From positions 1-55,441 of the forward strand of contig CAJGCJ010000001.1 of NCBI GenBank assembly GCA_904501775.1: a stretch of DNA of 55,441 bases. The letters are read 5' to 3'. The position numbers were made by a program, and so were the translations under genes. Source of the DNA: an uncultured Bacteroidaceae bacterium. GTDB lineage: Bacteria > Bacteroidota > Bacteroidia > Bacteroidales > Bacteroidaceae. The notes under the pieces are model-generated. The model worked only from the letters and a program-made list of their open reading frames with translations. It did not search any database and was not told the DNA's origin. Positions 16,916 to 27,429 of this stretch are shown one piece after another. The stretch's first letter is position 1, and each line of letters opens with the position of its first letter.

Positions 16916-18394
16916 CTATCGGTTCAGTTTCCAAGTAGCGCCCTCTTTGCCGTCCTTGACCTCGAAGCCCAATGCCTGCAACTCGTTACGTATCTTGTCG
17001 CTGGTAGCCCAATCCTTGGCTGCCTTGGCTGCCTGACGCTGCTCGAGCAGCATATCCACCACTTTGCCATAAGCCTCTTCGCGTGCGCTGTTCGAACCCT
17101 TCTCCTCTTTCAGACCGAGAATATCGAATGCGAAGATGCTGAACACCTCTTTCAGTTCGTCCAAGTCGGCTGCACTGATTGTAGCTTTCTTGTCGGCCAA
17201 CTGGTTTATTATGCGCGAAGCATCAAAGAGATGGGATATAACCTGTGCGGTGTTCATGTCATCGTTCATTGCATCGTAGCACTTAGAGCGCAAGCCTGTA
17301 ACCTCGACACACGATGTAGTGGCCGATGCTGTTACCGTTGCCAATGTATTCCATGCATCCATAAGACGCTGCAATCCCTTCTCGGCAGCCTGCAAAGCCT
17401 CGTTTCCGAAGTCTACAGTACTGCGGTAATGGGCCTGCAGTATGAAGAAACGGATTGTCATTGGAGAATAGGCCTGCTGCAACAAGGGGTGCGAGCCTGC
17501 GAAGAATTCGCTAAGGTTGATGAAGTTGTTATACGACTTGCCCATCTTCTGTCCGTTGATGGTAATCATGTTATTGTGCATCCAATATTTCACTACGGGG
17601 TGTCCCATTGCAGCAACTCCCTGTGCTATCTCACACTCGTGGTGAGGGAAGATGAGGTCCATACCACCGCCATGGATATCGAACTGCTCGCCAAGATACT
17701 TGCGTCCCATTGCAGTACACTCGCAGTGCCATCCGGGAAATCCGTCACTCCAAGGCGAAGGCCAACGCATAATGTGCTGGGGTTGCGCACACTTCCATAG
17801 GGCAAAGTCGGCCGGGTTGCGCTTCTCGTTCTGTCCATCAAGTTCACGGGTCGTGTTAAGGACATCGTCAAGGTTACGTCCCGAAAGCACACCATAGTGA
17901 TGTGTCTTGTCATATTTTGCTACATCGAAATATACCGAGCCTTCGCTCTCATAAGCATAACCGTTGTCGAGAATCTCCTTTACCAGCTGAATCTGCTCGA
18001 TAATATGGCCCGATGCATGTGGCTCAATGCTTGGAGGCAATACATTAAGAGCCTCCATAGCCTTATGGTAGCGCAATGTGTAGTATTGTACCACCTCCAT
18101 AGGCTCAAGCTGCTCAAGACGGGCCTTCTTTGCTATCTTGTCCTCGCCCTCATCGGCATCGTGCTCCAAGTGCCCCACATCTGTTATATTGCGCACATAA
18201 CGCACCTTGTAGCCGAGGTTCTTCAAATAGCGGAACAACACATCGAATGTTATTGCAGGACGTGCGTGTCCCAAGTGTGCATCACCGTATACTGTGGGAC
18301 CACACACATACAGGCCCACATTGGGTGCATGCAAAGGTTCAAAGACCTCTTTCTTACGCGTAAGCGTATTGTATATCATGAATTTACTTTCCAT
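16916..18394 (-). CDS. cysS: Cysteine--tRNA ligase
   Basis: HIGH motif (AHLGHAR) and KMSKS motif (KMGKS). The track start at 18400 is GTG; the ATG at 18394 gives [18 protein letters not shown]. Confidence 0.95.
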   Translation of the reverse strand: MESKFMIYNTLTRKKEVFEPLHAPNVGLYVCGPTVYGDAHLGHARPAITFDVLFRYLKNLGYKVRYVRNITDVGHLEHDADEGEDKIAKKARLEQLEPMEVVQYYTLRYHKAMEALNVLPPSIEPHASGHIIEQIQLVKEILDNGYAYESEGSVYFDVAKYDKTHHYGVLSGRNLDDVLNTTRELDGQNEKRNPADFALWKCAQPQHIMRWPSPWSDGFPGWHCECTAMGRKYLGEQFDIHGGGMDLIFPHHECEIAQGVAAMGHPVVKYWMHNNMITINGQKMGKSYNNFINLSEFFAGSHPLLQQAYSPMTIRFFILQAHYRSTVDFGNEALQAAEKGLQRLMDAWNTLATVTASATTSCVEVTGLRSKCYDAMNDDMNTAQVISHLFDASRIINQLADKKATISAADLDELKEVFSIFAFDILGLKEEKGSNSAREEAYGKVVDMLLEQRQAAKAAKDWATSDKIRNELQALGFEVKDGKEGATWKLNR

Positions 18395-18437
18395 ATTCAC
18401 TGTTTTTTAAATGTTCGTATCTGTTTCGCATCCAAGA

Positions 18438-18447
18438 TGCGAAGATA
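18438..18447 (-). promoter_or_regulatory. Putative -7 box TATCTTCGCA upstream of cysS
   Basis: Minus-strand TATCTTCGCA, 44 nt upstream of the ATG at 18394. Confidence 0.45.
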
Positions 18448-18529
18448 GTGATAAAAAATCAAATTCAGGATATAAATAGAGGAAAAGAGATGCACGGGAT
18501 GGTGCATTTTATACATTGCACAAGAGAGA

Positions 18530-19036
18530 CTAATGCCTGAAATCTTTCAATATGGTTTGCAGATGCTGTCTTGTAAAGAAGATACGGCTTTTCACCGTAC
18601 CCAGCGGCAACGACAGTTTCTCGGCAATTTCGCGGTATTTAAAGCCGGATAGATGCATCATAAAAGGCACTCTGTACTCTTTGGGCAATGAGTTGAGCAC
18701 TTTATATATCTCTTTTGTATCGTAGTTGTTCTCAGTGGTGAAATTCTCGAGTTCGAGAACCTGATTGAGATGATACAGATTATCGGTCTTGTCGACAAAG
18801 GTCTGGTCGCGCACAACCTTGCGATAGTTGTTTATAAAAATATTGCGCATTATGGTATATATCCACCCTTTAAAATTAGTGTCGGGCATATACTTATCCA
18901 TATTGTCCAATGCTTTCAGCGATGTTTCCTGCAGTAAATCATTCGCCTCTTCCTTGTCTGCCGTCAGTTTGAACGCAAAGCGTTGCAGTTCCTGTTGTAC
19001 TTCGAGCAAATCTCTCCTAAACTTTGCAGTATCCAA
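18530..19036 (-). CDS. ECF-type RNA polymerase sigma-70 factor
   Basis: Region 2 (DLLQETSLKAL..GWIYTIMRNIFINNYRK) and region 4 (LPKEYRVPFMMHLSGFKYREIAEKLSLPLGTVKSRIFFTRQ). The only in-frame start near the N-terminus is TTG at 19036. Confidence 0.85.
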   Translation of the reverse strand: MDTAKFRRDLLEVQQELQRFAFKLTADKEEANDLLQETSLKALDNMDKYMPDTNFKGWIYTIMRNIFINNYRKVVRDQTFVDKTDNLYHLNQVLELENFTTENNYDTKEIYKVLNSLPKEYRVPFMMHLSGFKYREIAEKLSLPLGTVKSRIFFTRQHLQTILKDFRH

Positions 19037-19110
19037 TTTAAGCTGTTTTTATTATCGTATAATCTATTAAACAAGCAGAAAGTGCTTTTGTTTGCAGAAT
19101 ACCGATAATA

Positions 19111-19128
19111 ATTTCAGCCGGCTGAAAT
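19111..19128 (-). terminator. Hairpin abutting the murF-alr stop codon
   Basis: Perfect palindrome atttcagccggctgaaat. Weak U tract on the minus strand. Confidence 0.35.
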
Positions 19129-21608
19129 CAATCGCTGAAATAGACCCTTTTTATTCTATTTGACACCGATGTCAGAATCTCGTAGGGGATTGTATCTATC
19201 CACTCGGCAAGGAGTTCTACCGACAATTGGTTTCCGAATATCTCGACCTCGTCACCCTCTTTGCAGTCGATTTCAGTGACATCGACCATGCAGACATCCA
19301 TACAGATATTGCCGATGTAGGGAGCCTTTTGGCCTGCTATCATACAATATCCCCTGCCGTTGCCAAAACGGCGGTTAAGTCCGTCGGCATATCCGATAGG
19401 AAGCGCCGCAATGCGCGACTTACGCCCAAGTGTTCCGCGACGGCTGTAGCCTACAGTCTCATCTGCCGGCACCTCGTGTATCTGCAATATTATAGTCTTC
19501 AATGTAGATATGGGATGCAGTGACGCATCGTGTCCCATAGGAGAGACTCCATAGAGACCTATTCCCAATCGCACCATGTCGCATTGTCTGTCAACGAAAC
19601 GCTCGGCTGCCGCACTATTGCATATATGACAGAGGATATGATGGGGGAACGACCCTTGCAGCAGATCGGCTGCCTGTTTGAAACGGCGCATCTGCTCGGC
19701 CGAGAAATCATCGAACTGTTCGCTGTCGCTACCCGCAAAATGTGAGAATACCGAACGTGGAGTAAGTGCATGCTGACGTTTCAGTTCATCAATAAGTTGC
19801 GGAATTTCGTGGGGAAGGAATCCCAGACGGTGCATACCTGTATCAATCTTTATATGAACAGGATAATCGGTTATTCCCTCGCGGCCTGCTGCCTGTATGA
19901 GCATACGCAACATACCGAAGCTATAGACCTCGGGCTCGAGTTTATTGGCAAAGAGTGTGGGAAAAGAGCTCGGCTCGGGATTCATCACTATTATGCCGGT
20001 AGTAATACCCTCGCGGCGCAACTCGGCACCCTCATCGGCAACCGCAACGGCAAGATAGTCGACATTGCACTCCTGCAAAGTACGTGCAACCTCAAGAGCA
20101 CCTGCACCATAAGCCGAAGCCTTGACCATACATACCGTTTTCACTCCGCTTTTAAGATTGCTGCGATAGTGGTTAAGATTGTCGCGTAACGCACTGAGGT
20201 TCACTTCGAGTATTGTCTGGTGTACCTTCTTTTCAAGAGCCTCGGCAATCTCCTCGAAATGGAGCGAGCGCGAGCCTTTTATCAATATCGCCTCTTTGTC
20301 AAATGTATCGATGAGGCCCGAGCGCATAAAGGATGCAGTATCGGGGAAGAAGGATGTCTCTATTCCCAATTTCGAGAAACGGCTCTTTTCACTGCTTATA
20401 TCAGTACCTATTCCTATGAGCCTGTCGATACTGCGCTTTCCTATATATTGGGCAACAACACGGTATAACGAACGCGGCGACTGGCCGGTCTGTTTTATAT
20501 CGCCAAGGATAAGGGTATGCTTCAGATGTGGCATTGTAACGCATCGGCGTTCAAGGAAGTCGAGCGCTATGTCGAGCGATGCGATATCCGAATTGTAGCT
20601 GTCGTTAATGAGCATACAGCCGTTCTTGCCCTCTTTGACCTCCAAACGCATTGCAACAGGCTCGAGCTGTTCCATACGCTCGGCTATCACATCGGGCGAC
20701 ACCATCAGATAAAGAGCTGCAGCAAGGCAGTTTATCGAATCTTCGATAGACGCATCGTCGAGGAAAGGTATACTGTAGCTGTTCTCAAAAGAGAGGTAGC
20801 GGTATCTTATTGTAGTGCTTGCTTCGTCTTTTTCTATTGAACATATGTAGAGCGGACGCTCGGCATCGACCTTTGACCAAGCAATCTCGCGCGAGCCCAA
20901 CATTGCCCTGTTGACGCTGTTTGCAAGTATCGGATTATCTCCATTGTATATAAGCACATCGCAGTTCTTGAAGAGCTGCAATTTCTCGTCACACTTCTCT
21001 TGCAGCGAGTTGAAATTCTCTTGATGGGCATTGCTTATATTGGTAAGAATACCTATGGTGGGTGATATTATGCTCTGCAACCTGTTCATCTCACCGAGCT
21101 GTGATATTCCAGCCTCAAAGATACCGAGCTCGGTATCTTCACCAAGCATCCACACCGACAAGGGCACTCCTATTTGCGAGTTGTAGCTGCGCGGTGAACG
21201 GGTGACGTGATATTTGGCAGCTGTGAGATGATAAAGCCACTCCTTAACAATGGTTTTTCCGTCGCTGCCCGTAATGCCCACAACCGGAATATCAAACAGC
21301 TGACGGTGAGCAGCTGCCAGATGCTGCAATGCTGATACAGTATCGGGCACCTCAATAAAGTTGGCTTCGGGGAATTTTTCCATGCCCTCGCAGTTGCTGA
21401 CCACGAAATTACGCACACCCCTGTCGTAGAGCACCTGTATATATTTGTGCCCGTCGCCGAACTTTGTCACTATGGCAAAGAAGAGTGTCTCCTCGGGAAA
21501 TGTCAGTGAACGGCTGTCGGTCAACAGACGGGTGACACTGCTATGGGGCGAAGAGCCATGCAAGGGTGCTTTCAATATTTCAGCTATACTGCCAACTGTG
21601 TATTGCAT
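19128..21608 (-). CDS. Bifunctional UDP-N-acetylmuramoyl-tripeptide--D-alanyl-D-alanine ligase / alanine racemase (MurF-Alr fusion)
   Basis: The N-terminal Mur ligase has the GITGSDGKT P-loop. The C-terminal ~370 aa is an alanine racemase (VKASAYGAG PLP-Lys region, ..YADGL..). 826 aa. Confidence 0.9.
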   Translation of the reverse strand: MQYTVGSIAEILKAPLHGSSPHSSVTRLLTDSRSLTFPEETLFFAIVTKFGDGHKYIQVLYDRGVRNFVVSNCEGMEKFPEANFIEVPDTVSALQHLAAAHRQLFDIPVVGITGSDGKTIVKEWLYHLTAAKYHVTRSPRSYNSQIGVPLSVWMLGEDTELGIFEAGISQLGEMNRLQSIISPTIGILTNISNAHQENFNSLQEKCDEKLQLFKNCDVLIYNGDNPILANSVNRAMLGSREIAWSKVDAERPLYICSIEKDEASTTIRYRYLSFENSYSIPFLDDASIEDSINCLAAALYLMVSPDVIAERMEQLEPVAMRLEVKEGKNGCMLINDSYNSDIASLDIALDFLERRCVTMPHLKHTLILGDIKQTGQSPRSLYRVVAQYIGKRSIDRLIGIGTDISSEKSRFSKLGIETSFFPDTASFMRSGLIDTFDKEAILIKGSRSLHFEEIAEALEKKVHQTILEVNLSALRDNLNHYRSNLKSGVKTVCMVKASAYGAGALEVARTLQECNVDYLAVAVADEGAELRREGITTGIIVMNPEPSSFPTLFANKLEPEVYSFGMLRMLIQAAGREGITDYPVHIKIDTGMHRLGFLPHEIPQLIDELKRQHALTPRSVFSHFAGSDSEQFDDFSAEQMRRFKQAADLLQGSFPHHILCHICNSAAAERFVDRQCDMVRLGIGLYGVSPMGHDASLHPISTLKTIILQIHEVPADETVGYSRRGTLGRKSRIAALPIGYADGLNRRFGNGRGYCMIAGQKAPYIGNICMDVCMVDVTEIDCKEGDEVEIFGNQLSVELLAEWIDTIPYEILTSVSNRIKRVYFSD

Positions 21609-22579
21609 TGTTCTATTTCGTTTTTAAAGTCAAGATATGGATATGTTGTAGCAAGAGCCTCTATCTTTAACAGGAGTCTCTCTATAAAAGCATGGTGCTC
21701 GGACGACGAGGCATCATTAGGGCGATGCGCAAGCGCCTTGGCAACCTCTTCTATTTCACTGTTTATTTTCTTTGTCTGCGCGGTAAAGAATGAGTTCGCA
21801 AAGCACTCCCATATATACTCCTGAGCCAGCATCGAGGGATGCACCATGTCATCGGCATAGAAACGATAGTCGCGCAGTTCGTCGAGCATGATCTCATACG
21901 AGGGGAAATAGAGAACAATATCGGGAAAACGGCGCGACAACTTGTCTATGGCAAGCAACAGCACCGCCTTGCTCAACTGATTATCGTGTGCGCCGTCGCG
22001 CAAATGCCTGATAGGACTCACAGTAAACATTATTTTCAGCGAGGGGGAGAGAGCTGACAAACGTTCTATAACAGGCAGCATGGCATCTACCACCTCATCA
22101 ACCGACAGCAGCTGCCTGTCGAACATCTTTTGAGGCATCCTGTGACAGTTACCCACCACCCTGCCATCGCTTGCATTGCGGTAGACATAGGCTGTTCCGA
22201 AAGTAATCATCAACAGATTCAGATGACTGAGACTGTCGTGTGCCACAGAGATGCGGCCGTTTATCATAGAGATTGTTGTCTCTTTGCTGCACGAAGAGAA
22301 ATCGCCATGATGCATCATGCTGTGCCACTTGCCGTTATGCTGCACAAGTTCGGGCGACGAGGCATCTACAATTTTCTTGTCTATAATGGAGTTAAGAGCT
22401 GCTGCTATAGACAACGGGTTATAGAGAATGCCGAAAGGGTTGACATCCACATTGAACTTGCTCTCTTTAAGGCGCATACCCATATTATGTGCAAAGCACG
22501 AGCCAAGCAACATCACATTGTCCGAGTGTGTTATATTGAGCACACCAATAGGCAAAGAGACCTCTGTTTTTAAACGCAT
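21584..22579 (-). CDS. GSCFA-domain protein
   Basis: Literal GSCFA motif (LLGSCFAHNMG) near the N-terminus. 25-nt overlap with the murF-alr start. Confidence 0.8.
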   Translation of the reverse strand: MRLKTEVSLPIGVLNITHSDNVMLLGSCFAHNMGMRLKESKFNVDVNPFGILYNPLSIAAALNSIIDKKIVDASSPELVQHNGKWHSMMHHGDFSSCSKETTISMINGRISVAHDSLSHLNLLMITFGTAYVYRNASDGRVVGNCHRMPQKMFDRQLLSVDEVVDAMLPVIERLSALSPSLKIMFTVSPIRHLRDGAHDNQLSKAVLLLAIDKLSRRFPDIVLYFPSYEIMLDELRDYRFYADDMVHPSMLAQEYIWECFANSFFTAQTKKINSEIEEVAKALAHRPNDASSSEHHAFIERLLLKIEALATTYPYLDFKNEIEQCNTQLAV

Positions 22580-22608
22580 CCTTAAATCTGCAAATAGTTA
22601 ATTTGTTG

Positions 22609-22616
22609 CAAAAATA
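22609..22616 (-). promoter_or_regulatory. Putative -7 box TATTTTTG for the GSCFA/murF-alr operon
   Basis: Minus-strand TATTTTTG, 30 nt upstream of the ATG at 22579. Confidence 0.45.
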
Positions 22617-22640
22617 AGCAACCTGTTCAATTTATTATTG

Positions 22641-22650
22641 TATATTCGCA
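22641..22650 (+). promoter_or_regulatory. Putative -7 box TATATTCGCA for dxs
   Basis: 35 nt upstream of the ATG at 22685. Confidence 0.45.
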
Positions 22651-22684
22651 AAATATTTAAGTTGCATAACGCATATTAACAGAT

Positions 22685-24571
22685 ATGACAAAGGAGAATA
22701 AATTTCCGCTATTAAATACCATTGACTCACCATCGGACCTTAGAAAGCTATCCGAGAATGAGTTACCACAACTATGCAGCGAGCTCAGGGAATTTATAAT
22801 TGATTCACTTTCACAAAATCCCGGTCATTTTGCATCGAGCCTGTGCAGCATCGAGCTGACTGTGGCTTTGCATTATGTATTCGATACTCCCCACGATAAG
22901 ATTGTTTGGGACGTAGGTCACCAAGCCTATGGACATAAGATACTTACCGAACGCCGTAAGCGTTTCCACACAAACCGCAAATTCGGAGGCATAAAGCCTT
23001 TCCCCTCACCCGATGAGAGCAAATATGATGCCTTTGTAGCCGGACATGCCTCGAACTCGATATCGGCAGCATTAGGAATTTCGGTGGCAGCCGAGATGCA
23101 GAACAGCAACGAGCATGTAGTTGCCGTAATTGGCGACGGCTCAATGAGCGGTGGTCTTGCATTCGAAGGCCTCAACAATGTATCATCCACTCCCAACAAC
23201 TTGCTCGTTATACTTAACGACAACAACATGTCCATTGACAAGAGTGTGGGAGGAATGAGCCAGCTGCTTATTTCGATGCACTCGTCGAAGCTGTATAACA
23301 AGATACGCCACAAGATTGCCGTATGGTTCACCAAACTGGGCATTCTGAACCGCGAACGTGCCAACAGCCTCACCCGCTTCAACAACGGTTTGAAAGCAAT
23401 GCTCTATAAGCAGCAGAACATATTCGAAGGCATGTGTACACGCTATTTCGGACCTATTGACGGCCACGATGTGCTTGAACTTGTACGTCTGCTGAGGCTT
23501 GTAAAGGACATGAAGGGTCCCAAGATGGTACACATACACACAACCAAAGGCAAGGGATATGCACCGGCCGAACAAAACGCGACAGTATGGCACCAGCCGG
23601 GACTGTTCGACCCCGAAAGCGGCGAAAGAATAGTATCGAACGACAATATTCCACGTTTCCAGGATGTATTCGGAGAGACACTCTTGGAACTGGCACGTGC
23701 AAATGACAAGATTGTGGGAATAACCCCTGCAATGCCTACAGGATGCTCTATGAACATTCTTGGCAAGGAATTCCCAAAAAGAGTGTTTGATGTAGGTATT
23801 GCCGAAGGACACGCAGTCACATTCTCGGCAGGTCTTGCAAAAGGCGGGATAATGCCTTTCTGCAACATCTACTCGTCGTTCATGCAAAGAGGATATGACA
23901 ATCTTATACACGATGCGGCACTTCAGAGAGTAAACATGGTGCTGTGTCTTGACCGTGCAGGTATTGTCGGAGAAGATGGCCCTACACATCATGGAGCATT
24001 CGACCTTGCCTACCTGCGTCCTATACCCAACATCACAATAGCATCGCCCTATGACGAGCACGAGCTGCGCCGCCTCATGTATACTGCACAATTGCCCGAC
24101 ATGGGAACATTCGTAATACGTTATCCCAGAGGCAAAGGCATGCTTACAGACTGGCGTTGCCGGCTTGAGGCTGTAGAGGTGGGCAAAGGAAGGGTTCTGA
24201 GAGAAGGTAACGATGTAGCCCTTATAACAATAGGACCTATAGGCAAGCAAGTTGCAACAGTTATAGACGAGGCTGCACAGAAGGGAGTGAGCGTGGCACA
24301 CTACGACCTGCGCTTCCTAAAACCGTTGGATAGCGAGATGCTGCATGCCATAGGCAAGAAATTCAGCAGGATAGTAACCGTTGAGGATGGTGTAATAACC
24401 GGAGGAATGGGAGCCGCAGTGAATGAATTCATGTCGCAGCACGGCTATAAGCCACAGATAAGATGCATAGGTATCCCCGACCGTTTCGTTGAGCACGGAA
24501 CGACACAGGAGCTCTACCGTTCATGCGGAATGGACAATGAGACCATATTGGAGACTATTTTAAACATATAA
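22685..24571 (+). CDS. dxs: 1-deoxy-D-xylulose-5-phosphate synthase
   Basis: [29 protein letters not shown] motif [28 protein letters not shown]. Confidence 0.95.
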   Translation: MTKENKFPLLNTIDSPSDLRKLSENELPQLCSELREFIIDSLSQNPGHFASSLCSIELTVALHYVFDTPHDKIVWDVGHQAYGHKILTERRKRFHTNRKFGGIKPFPSPDESKYDAFVAGHASNSISAALGISVAAEMQNSNEHVVAVIGDGSMSGGLAFEGLNNVSSTPNNLLVILNDNNMSIDKSVGGMSQLLISMHSSKLYNKIRHKIAVWFTKLGILNRERANSLTRFNNGLKAMLYKQQNIFEGMCTRYFGPIDGHDVLELVRLLRLVKDMKGPKMVHIHTTKGKGYAPAEQNATVWHQPGLFDPESGERIVSNDNIPRFQDVFGETLLELARANDKIVGITPAMPTGCSMNILGKEFPKRVFDVGIAEGHAVTFSAGLAKGGIMPFCNIYSSFMQRGYDNLIHDAALQRVNMVLCLDRAGIVGEDGPTHHGAFDLAYLRPIPNITIASPYDEHELRRLMYTAQLPDMGTFVIRYPRGKGMLTDWRCRLEAVEVGKGRVLREGNDVALITIGPIGKQVATVIDEAAQKGVSVAHYDLRFLKPLDSEMLHAIGKKFSRIVTVEDGVITGGMGAAVNEFMSQHGYKPQIRCIGIPDRFVEHGTTQELYRSCGMDNETILETILNI

Positions 24572-24592
24572 ACAAAAAGCAGAGAGTAGACT

Positions 24593-25930
24593 ATGAAGAT
24601 TGTGATTGTCGGTGCAGGCGCCGTAGGTACACACCTTGCCAAGATGCTCTCAGAAGAGAACGAGAACGTAGTGCTCATGGACGAGCACGAAGAGAGACTG
24701 GGTAAAATGGAGTCGTTGTTCGACCTTAAAGCAATGGTAGGACAACCCACACGCATAAGCGACCTTGAGGCTGCCGGAGTTGAGGGCAGCGACCTCTTCG
24801 TTGCTGTTACGCCCGATGAGAGTTCCAATATAACAGCGTGTATATTGGCCCACTACTTGGGTGCAAAAAAAACCATTGCACGTATCGACAATTACGAATA
24901 TCTTCTGCCCAAGAACAAGGCCTACTTTGAGTCACTCGGAGTAAACTCGCTCATATACCCCGAACAACTTGCTGCAGAAGAGATTGCCACAAGCATAAAA
25001 TATAGCTGGATGAGACAGTTGCTCGAGTTCGGCAACGGTGCACTGGTGATGATTGGAGTAAAGGTAAGGTCTAATTCTTCAATAGTAAATATCCCTTTCA
25101 AGGAGTTATCGCGCGATATCCCTTATCATGTAGTTGCACTGCAGCGAGGCGACATCACCATAATACCTCGAGGAAACGATGTCATTGAGGCCGACGACCT
25201 TGTCTGCTTCATGACCACAAAAGACAAAATCCCATATGTGCGCAACATCTGCGGAAAAGAGAACTATACCGAGGTAAGAAGCATCATAATGATGGGAGGC
25301 GGACGCATAGCTGTGCGTACAGCCAACCTCATATCAAACAAGGTACATGTCAAGATAATAGAGAGTGACATGAAACGCTGCCGACGACTTGTAGAACTTG
25401 TCGACGACAGTATTATGATTATAAACGGTGATGCGCGCGACCCCGAGCTGCTTGTTAGCGAGGGAATACACGACACCGACGCTTTCATTGCACTTGGAGA
25501 CAACTCGGAGACAAACATTCTGGCATGCCTCTCGGCAAAACGTGCCGGAGTGAAGCGGACAGTTGCCGAAATTGAGAACATCGACTACATTTCCATGGCC
25601 GAGAACATGGATATAGGCTCGGTGATAAACAAGAAGAAGCTTGCGGCAAGCAACATCTTCCAGATGATGCTGAAGACCGATGTATCGAGCGTCAAATGCC
25701 TCACCTTCATTCAGGCTGTGGTTGCCGAGTTCCCCGTACGCGAAGGGGCATACATCACAAGAAAGCCGGTCAAGGACCTTGGTTTGCCGAGCGGAGCCAA
25801 CATCGGTGGTCTCATACGCAACGGCGAAGGTTTGCGCGTAAGCGGAAACACCATGATACAGGCCGATGACCATGTCATAATATTCTGCCTTGAGCGTGTT
25901 CTCAAGAAACTCGAAAAATACTTCAACTGA
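24593..25930 (+). CDS. trkA: Trk potassium uptake system NAD-binding subunit
   Basis: Two Rossmann/RCK modules (IVGAGAVGTHLA; MMGGGRIAVRTA), 445 aa. Confidence 0.9.
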   Translation: MKIVIVGAGAVGTHLAKMLSEENENVVLMDEHEERLGKMESLFDLKAMVGQPTRISDLEAAGVEGSDLFVAVTPDESSNITACILAHYLGAKKTIARIDNYEYLLPKNKAYFESLGVNSLIYPEQLAAEEIATSIKYSWMRQLLEFGNGALVMIGVKVRSNSSIVNIPFKELSRDIPYHVVALQRGDITIIPRGNDVIEADDLVCFMTTKDKIPYVRNICGKENYTEVRSIIMMGGGRIAVRTANLISNKVHVKIIESDMKRCRRLVELVDDSIMIINGDARDPELLVSEGIHDTDAFIALGDNSETNILACLSAKRAGVKRTVAEIENIDYISMAENMDIGSVINKKKLAASNIFQMMLKTDVSSVKCLTFIQAVVAEFPVREGAYITRKPVKDLGLPSGANIGGLIRNGEGLRVSGNTMIQADDHVIIFCLERVLKKLEKYFN

Positions 25931-27387
25931 TGCTTCACCCAAAGGTAATATGCAGAATTATTGGATTGCTGTTACAGCTCGAGGCCCTGTTCCTCACATG
26001 CAGCATCGGCGTATCGTTATATTATAACGAGGAGAATATCCTAAGTGCATACATATATACAATAGCAGCACTTGTAGGCTGCGGAATATTGCTCACATAC
26101 ATCGGCTACAACAAGGAGCGCAACATATCGCGTAAAGACGGATATATCGTAGTGACACTCTGCTGGATTGTATTTTCGATGTTCGGAGCAATGCCATATT
26201 ACATAAGCGGATACATACCCTCCATAACAGACGCCTTTTTTGAGACAATGGCCGGATTCACCACAACAGGAGCTTCGGTGGTGGCCGATATGGAGATATT
26301 CCCACGCAGCCTCATCTTCTGGCGTATCATGACACAGTGGATAGGTGGATTGGGAATTGTATTCTTCACTGTTGCCGTATTGCCGATATTCGGACTCGGC
26401 GACCTTCATCTCTTCGCTGCCGAAACGATAGGTATTGCCCGCGCCAAGCTGCATCCGAGAATATCGGTAACAGCACGGTGGATTATGACCATCTATGTAT
26501 GTCTCACGCTTATTGAGGCTGTATGTCTCAAGTTCGCAGGAATGGGTTATTTTGACTCTATCTGCCATGCCATGTCTACAATGTCTACCGGCGGCATCTC
26601 TACAAAGACAGGCGGTATCGCATCATTCAACTCGCCTCTTATCGAATATATAATAATCATTTTCATGATTATGGGAGGTACAAGTTTCTCGCTGCTCTAC
26701 CTTGCACTATTCAAAGGCCGCCCAAAAGAGCTGTTCAGGGATGCAGAGTTCAAGACATACATAAGACTGGTATCTTTCTTTACCATTCTTATAGGTATAG
26801 GACTTTATGTAACAGAGAACATGAGCGCTGAGAGTACTTTCCGAACAGCGCTGTTCCAAGTTGTATCGGTAATTACCACAACGGGATTCTCGACCACTGA
26901 CTATTCGCACTGGACCCCTGTACTGTGGTTGTTGCTTAGTGCTGCAATGTTTGTGGGAGCATGCTCGGGCTCTACAACAGGAGCGATGAAGAGCATACGC
27001 GTAGCCATCCTTGGCCGCGTAATGGCAAACGAGTTCAAGCGTATTGTACACCCCAACGCTGTAATTCCCGTAAGAATGGGCGGTAAAGTAATCTCGGAAC
27101 AGGTACAGTCGGCCATAATGGCATTCACACTGCTGTATGTAGGAATGGTTGTTGTGGGAATTTTCGTGAACATGAGTTTCGGACTGAACCTTGTGGATGC
27201 ATACGGTCTTTCACTATCGAGTGTGAGCAATGTAGGTCCGGGACTCGGAAACTACTCTTCGCCCAATGCCATGGCAAGCCTGCCCGATGTGTTGAAGTGG
27301 TTCTACAGCTTGCAGATGCTTGTAGGACGTCTTGAGTTCTTTGCAGTGCTTCTGCTACTGACTCCCGTATTCTGGCGCAAACAGTGA
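25930..27387 (+). CDS. trkH: Trk potassium uptake system membrane subunit
   Basis: Four pore-loop motifs TTTGAS, STGGIS, TTTGFS, SNVGPG. Polytopic. 1-nt overlap with the trkA stop. Confidence 0.9.
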   Translation: MLHPKVICRIIGLLLQLEALFLTCSIGVSLYYNEENILSAYIYTIAALVGCGILLTYIGYNKERNISRKDGYIVVTLCWIVFSMFGAMPYYISGYIPSITDAFFETMAGFTTTGASVVADMEIFPRSLIFWRIMTQWIGGLGIVFFTVAVLPIFGLGDLHLFAAETIGIARAKLHPRISVTARWIMTIYVCLTLIEAVCLKFAGMGYFDSICHAMSTMSTGGISTKTGGIASFNSPLIEYIIIIFMIMGGTSFSLLYLALFKGRPKELFRDAEFKTYIRLVSFFTILIGIGLYVTENMSAESTFRTALFQVVSVITTTGFSTTDYSHWTPVLWLLLSAAMFVGACSGSTTGAMKSIRVAILGRVMANEFKRIVHPNAVIPVRMGGKVISEQVQSAIMAFTLLYVGMVVVGIFVNMSFGLNLVDAYGLSLSSVSNVGPGLGNYSSPNAMASLPDVLKWFYSLQMLVGRLEFFAVLLLLTPVFWRKQ

Positions 27388-27429
27388 TTCTTATAAAAGA
27401 GAGCGAATAGACATTATGGGATATAGCGG

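Noticed and set aside
16808-17800. 330-aa plus-strand ORF, plus similar long ORFs at 23183-24301 (-), 44867-45826 (+), 46464-47708 (+), 35059-35826 (-), 33525-34220 (+), 34823-35425 (-), 25334-25942 (-), 41833-42477 (+) and 3783-4421 (-).
   Set aside because: Each lies entirely antisense to a gene with strong catalytic-motif support (cysS, dxs, ispG, fbp, pdxB, GT9, trkA, S46, purA). Their translations are Cys/His/Leu-rich low-information sequences with no recognisable motifs, and none has a promoter box upstream. They are typical shadow ORFs.
24865-24872. A8 homopolymer inside trkA (GAKKT), and A7/T7 runs in the caspase (about 9842-9849) and DUF4435 (about 28213-28219) genes, as possible phase-variation tracts.
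   Set aside because: The runs are short, they simply encode Lys-Lys, and there is no out-of-frame architecture or positional logic like that seen in dnaX. They are most likely incidental.
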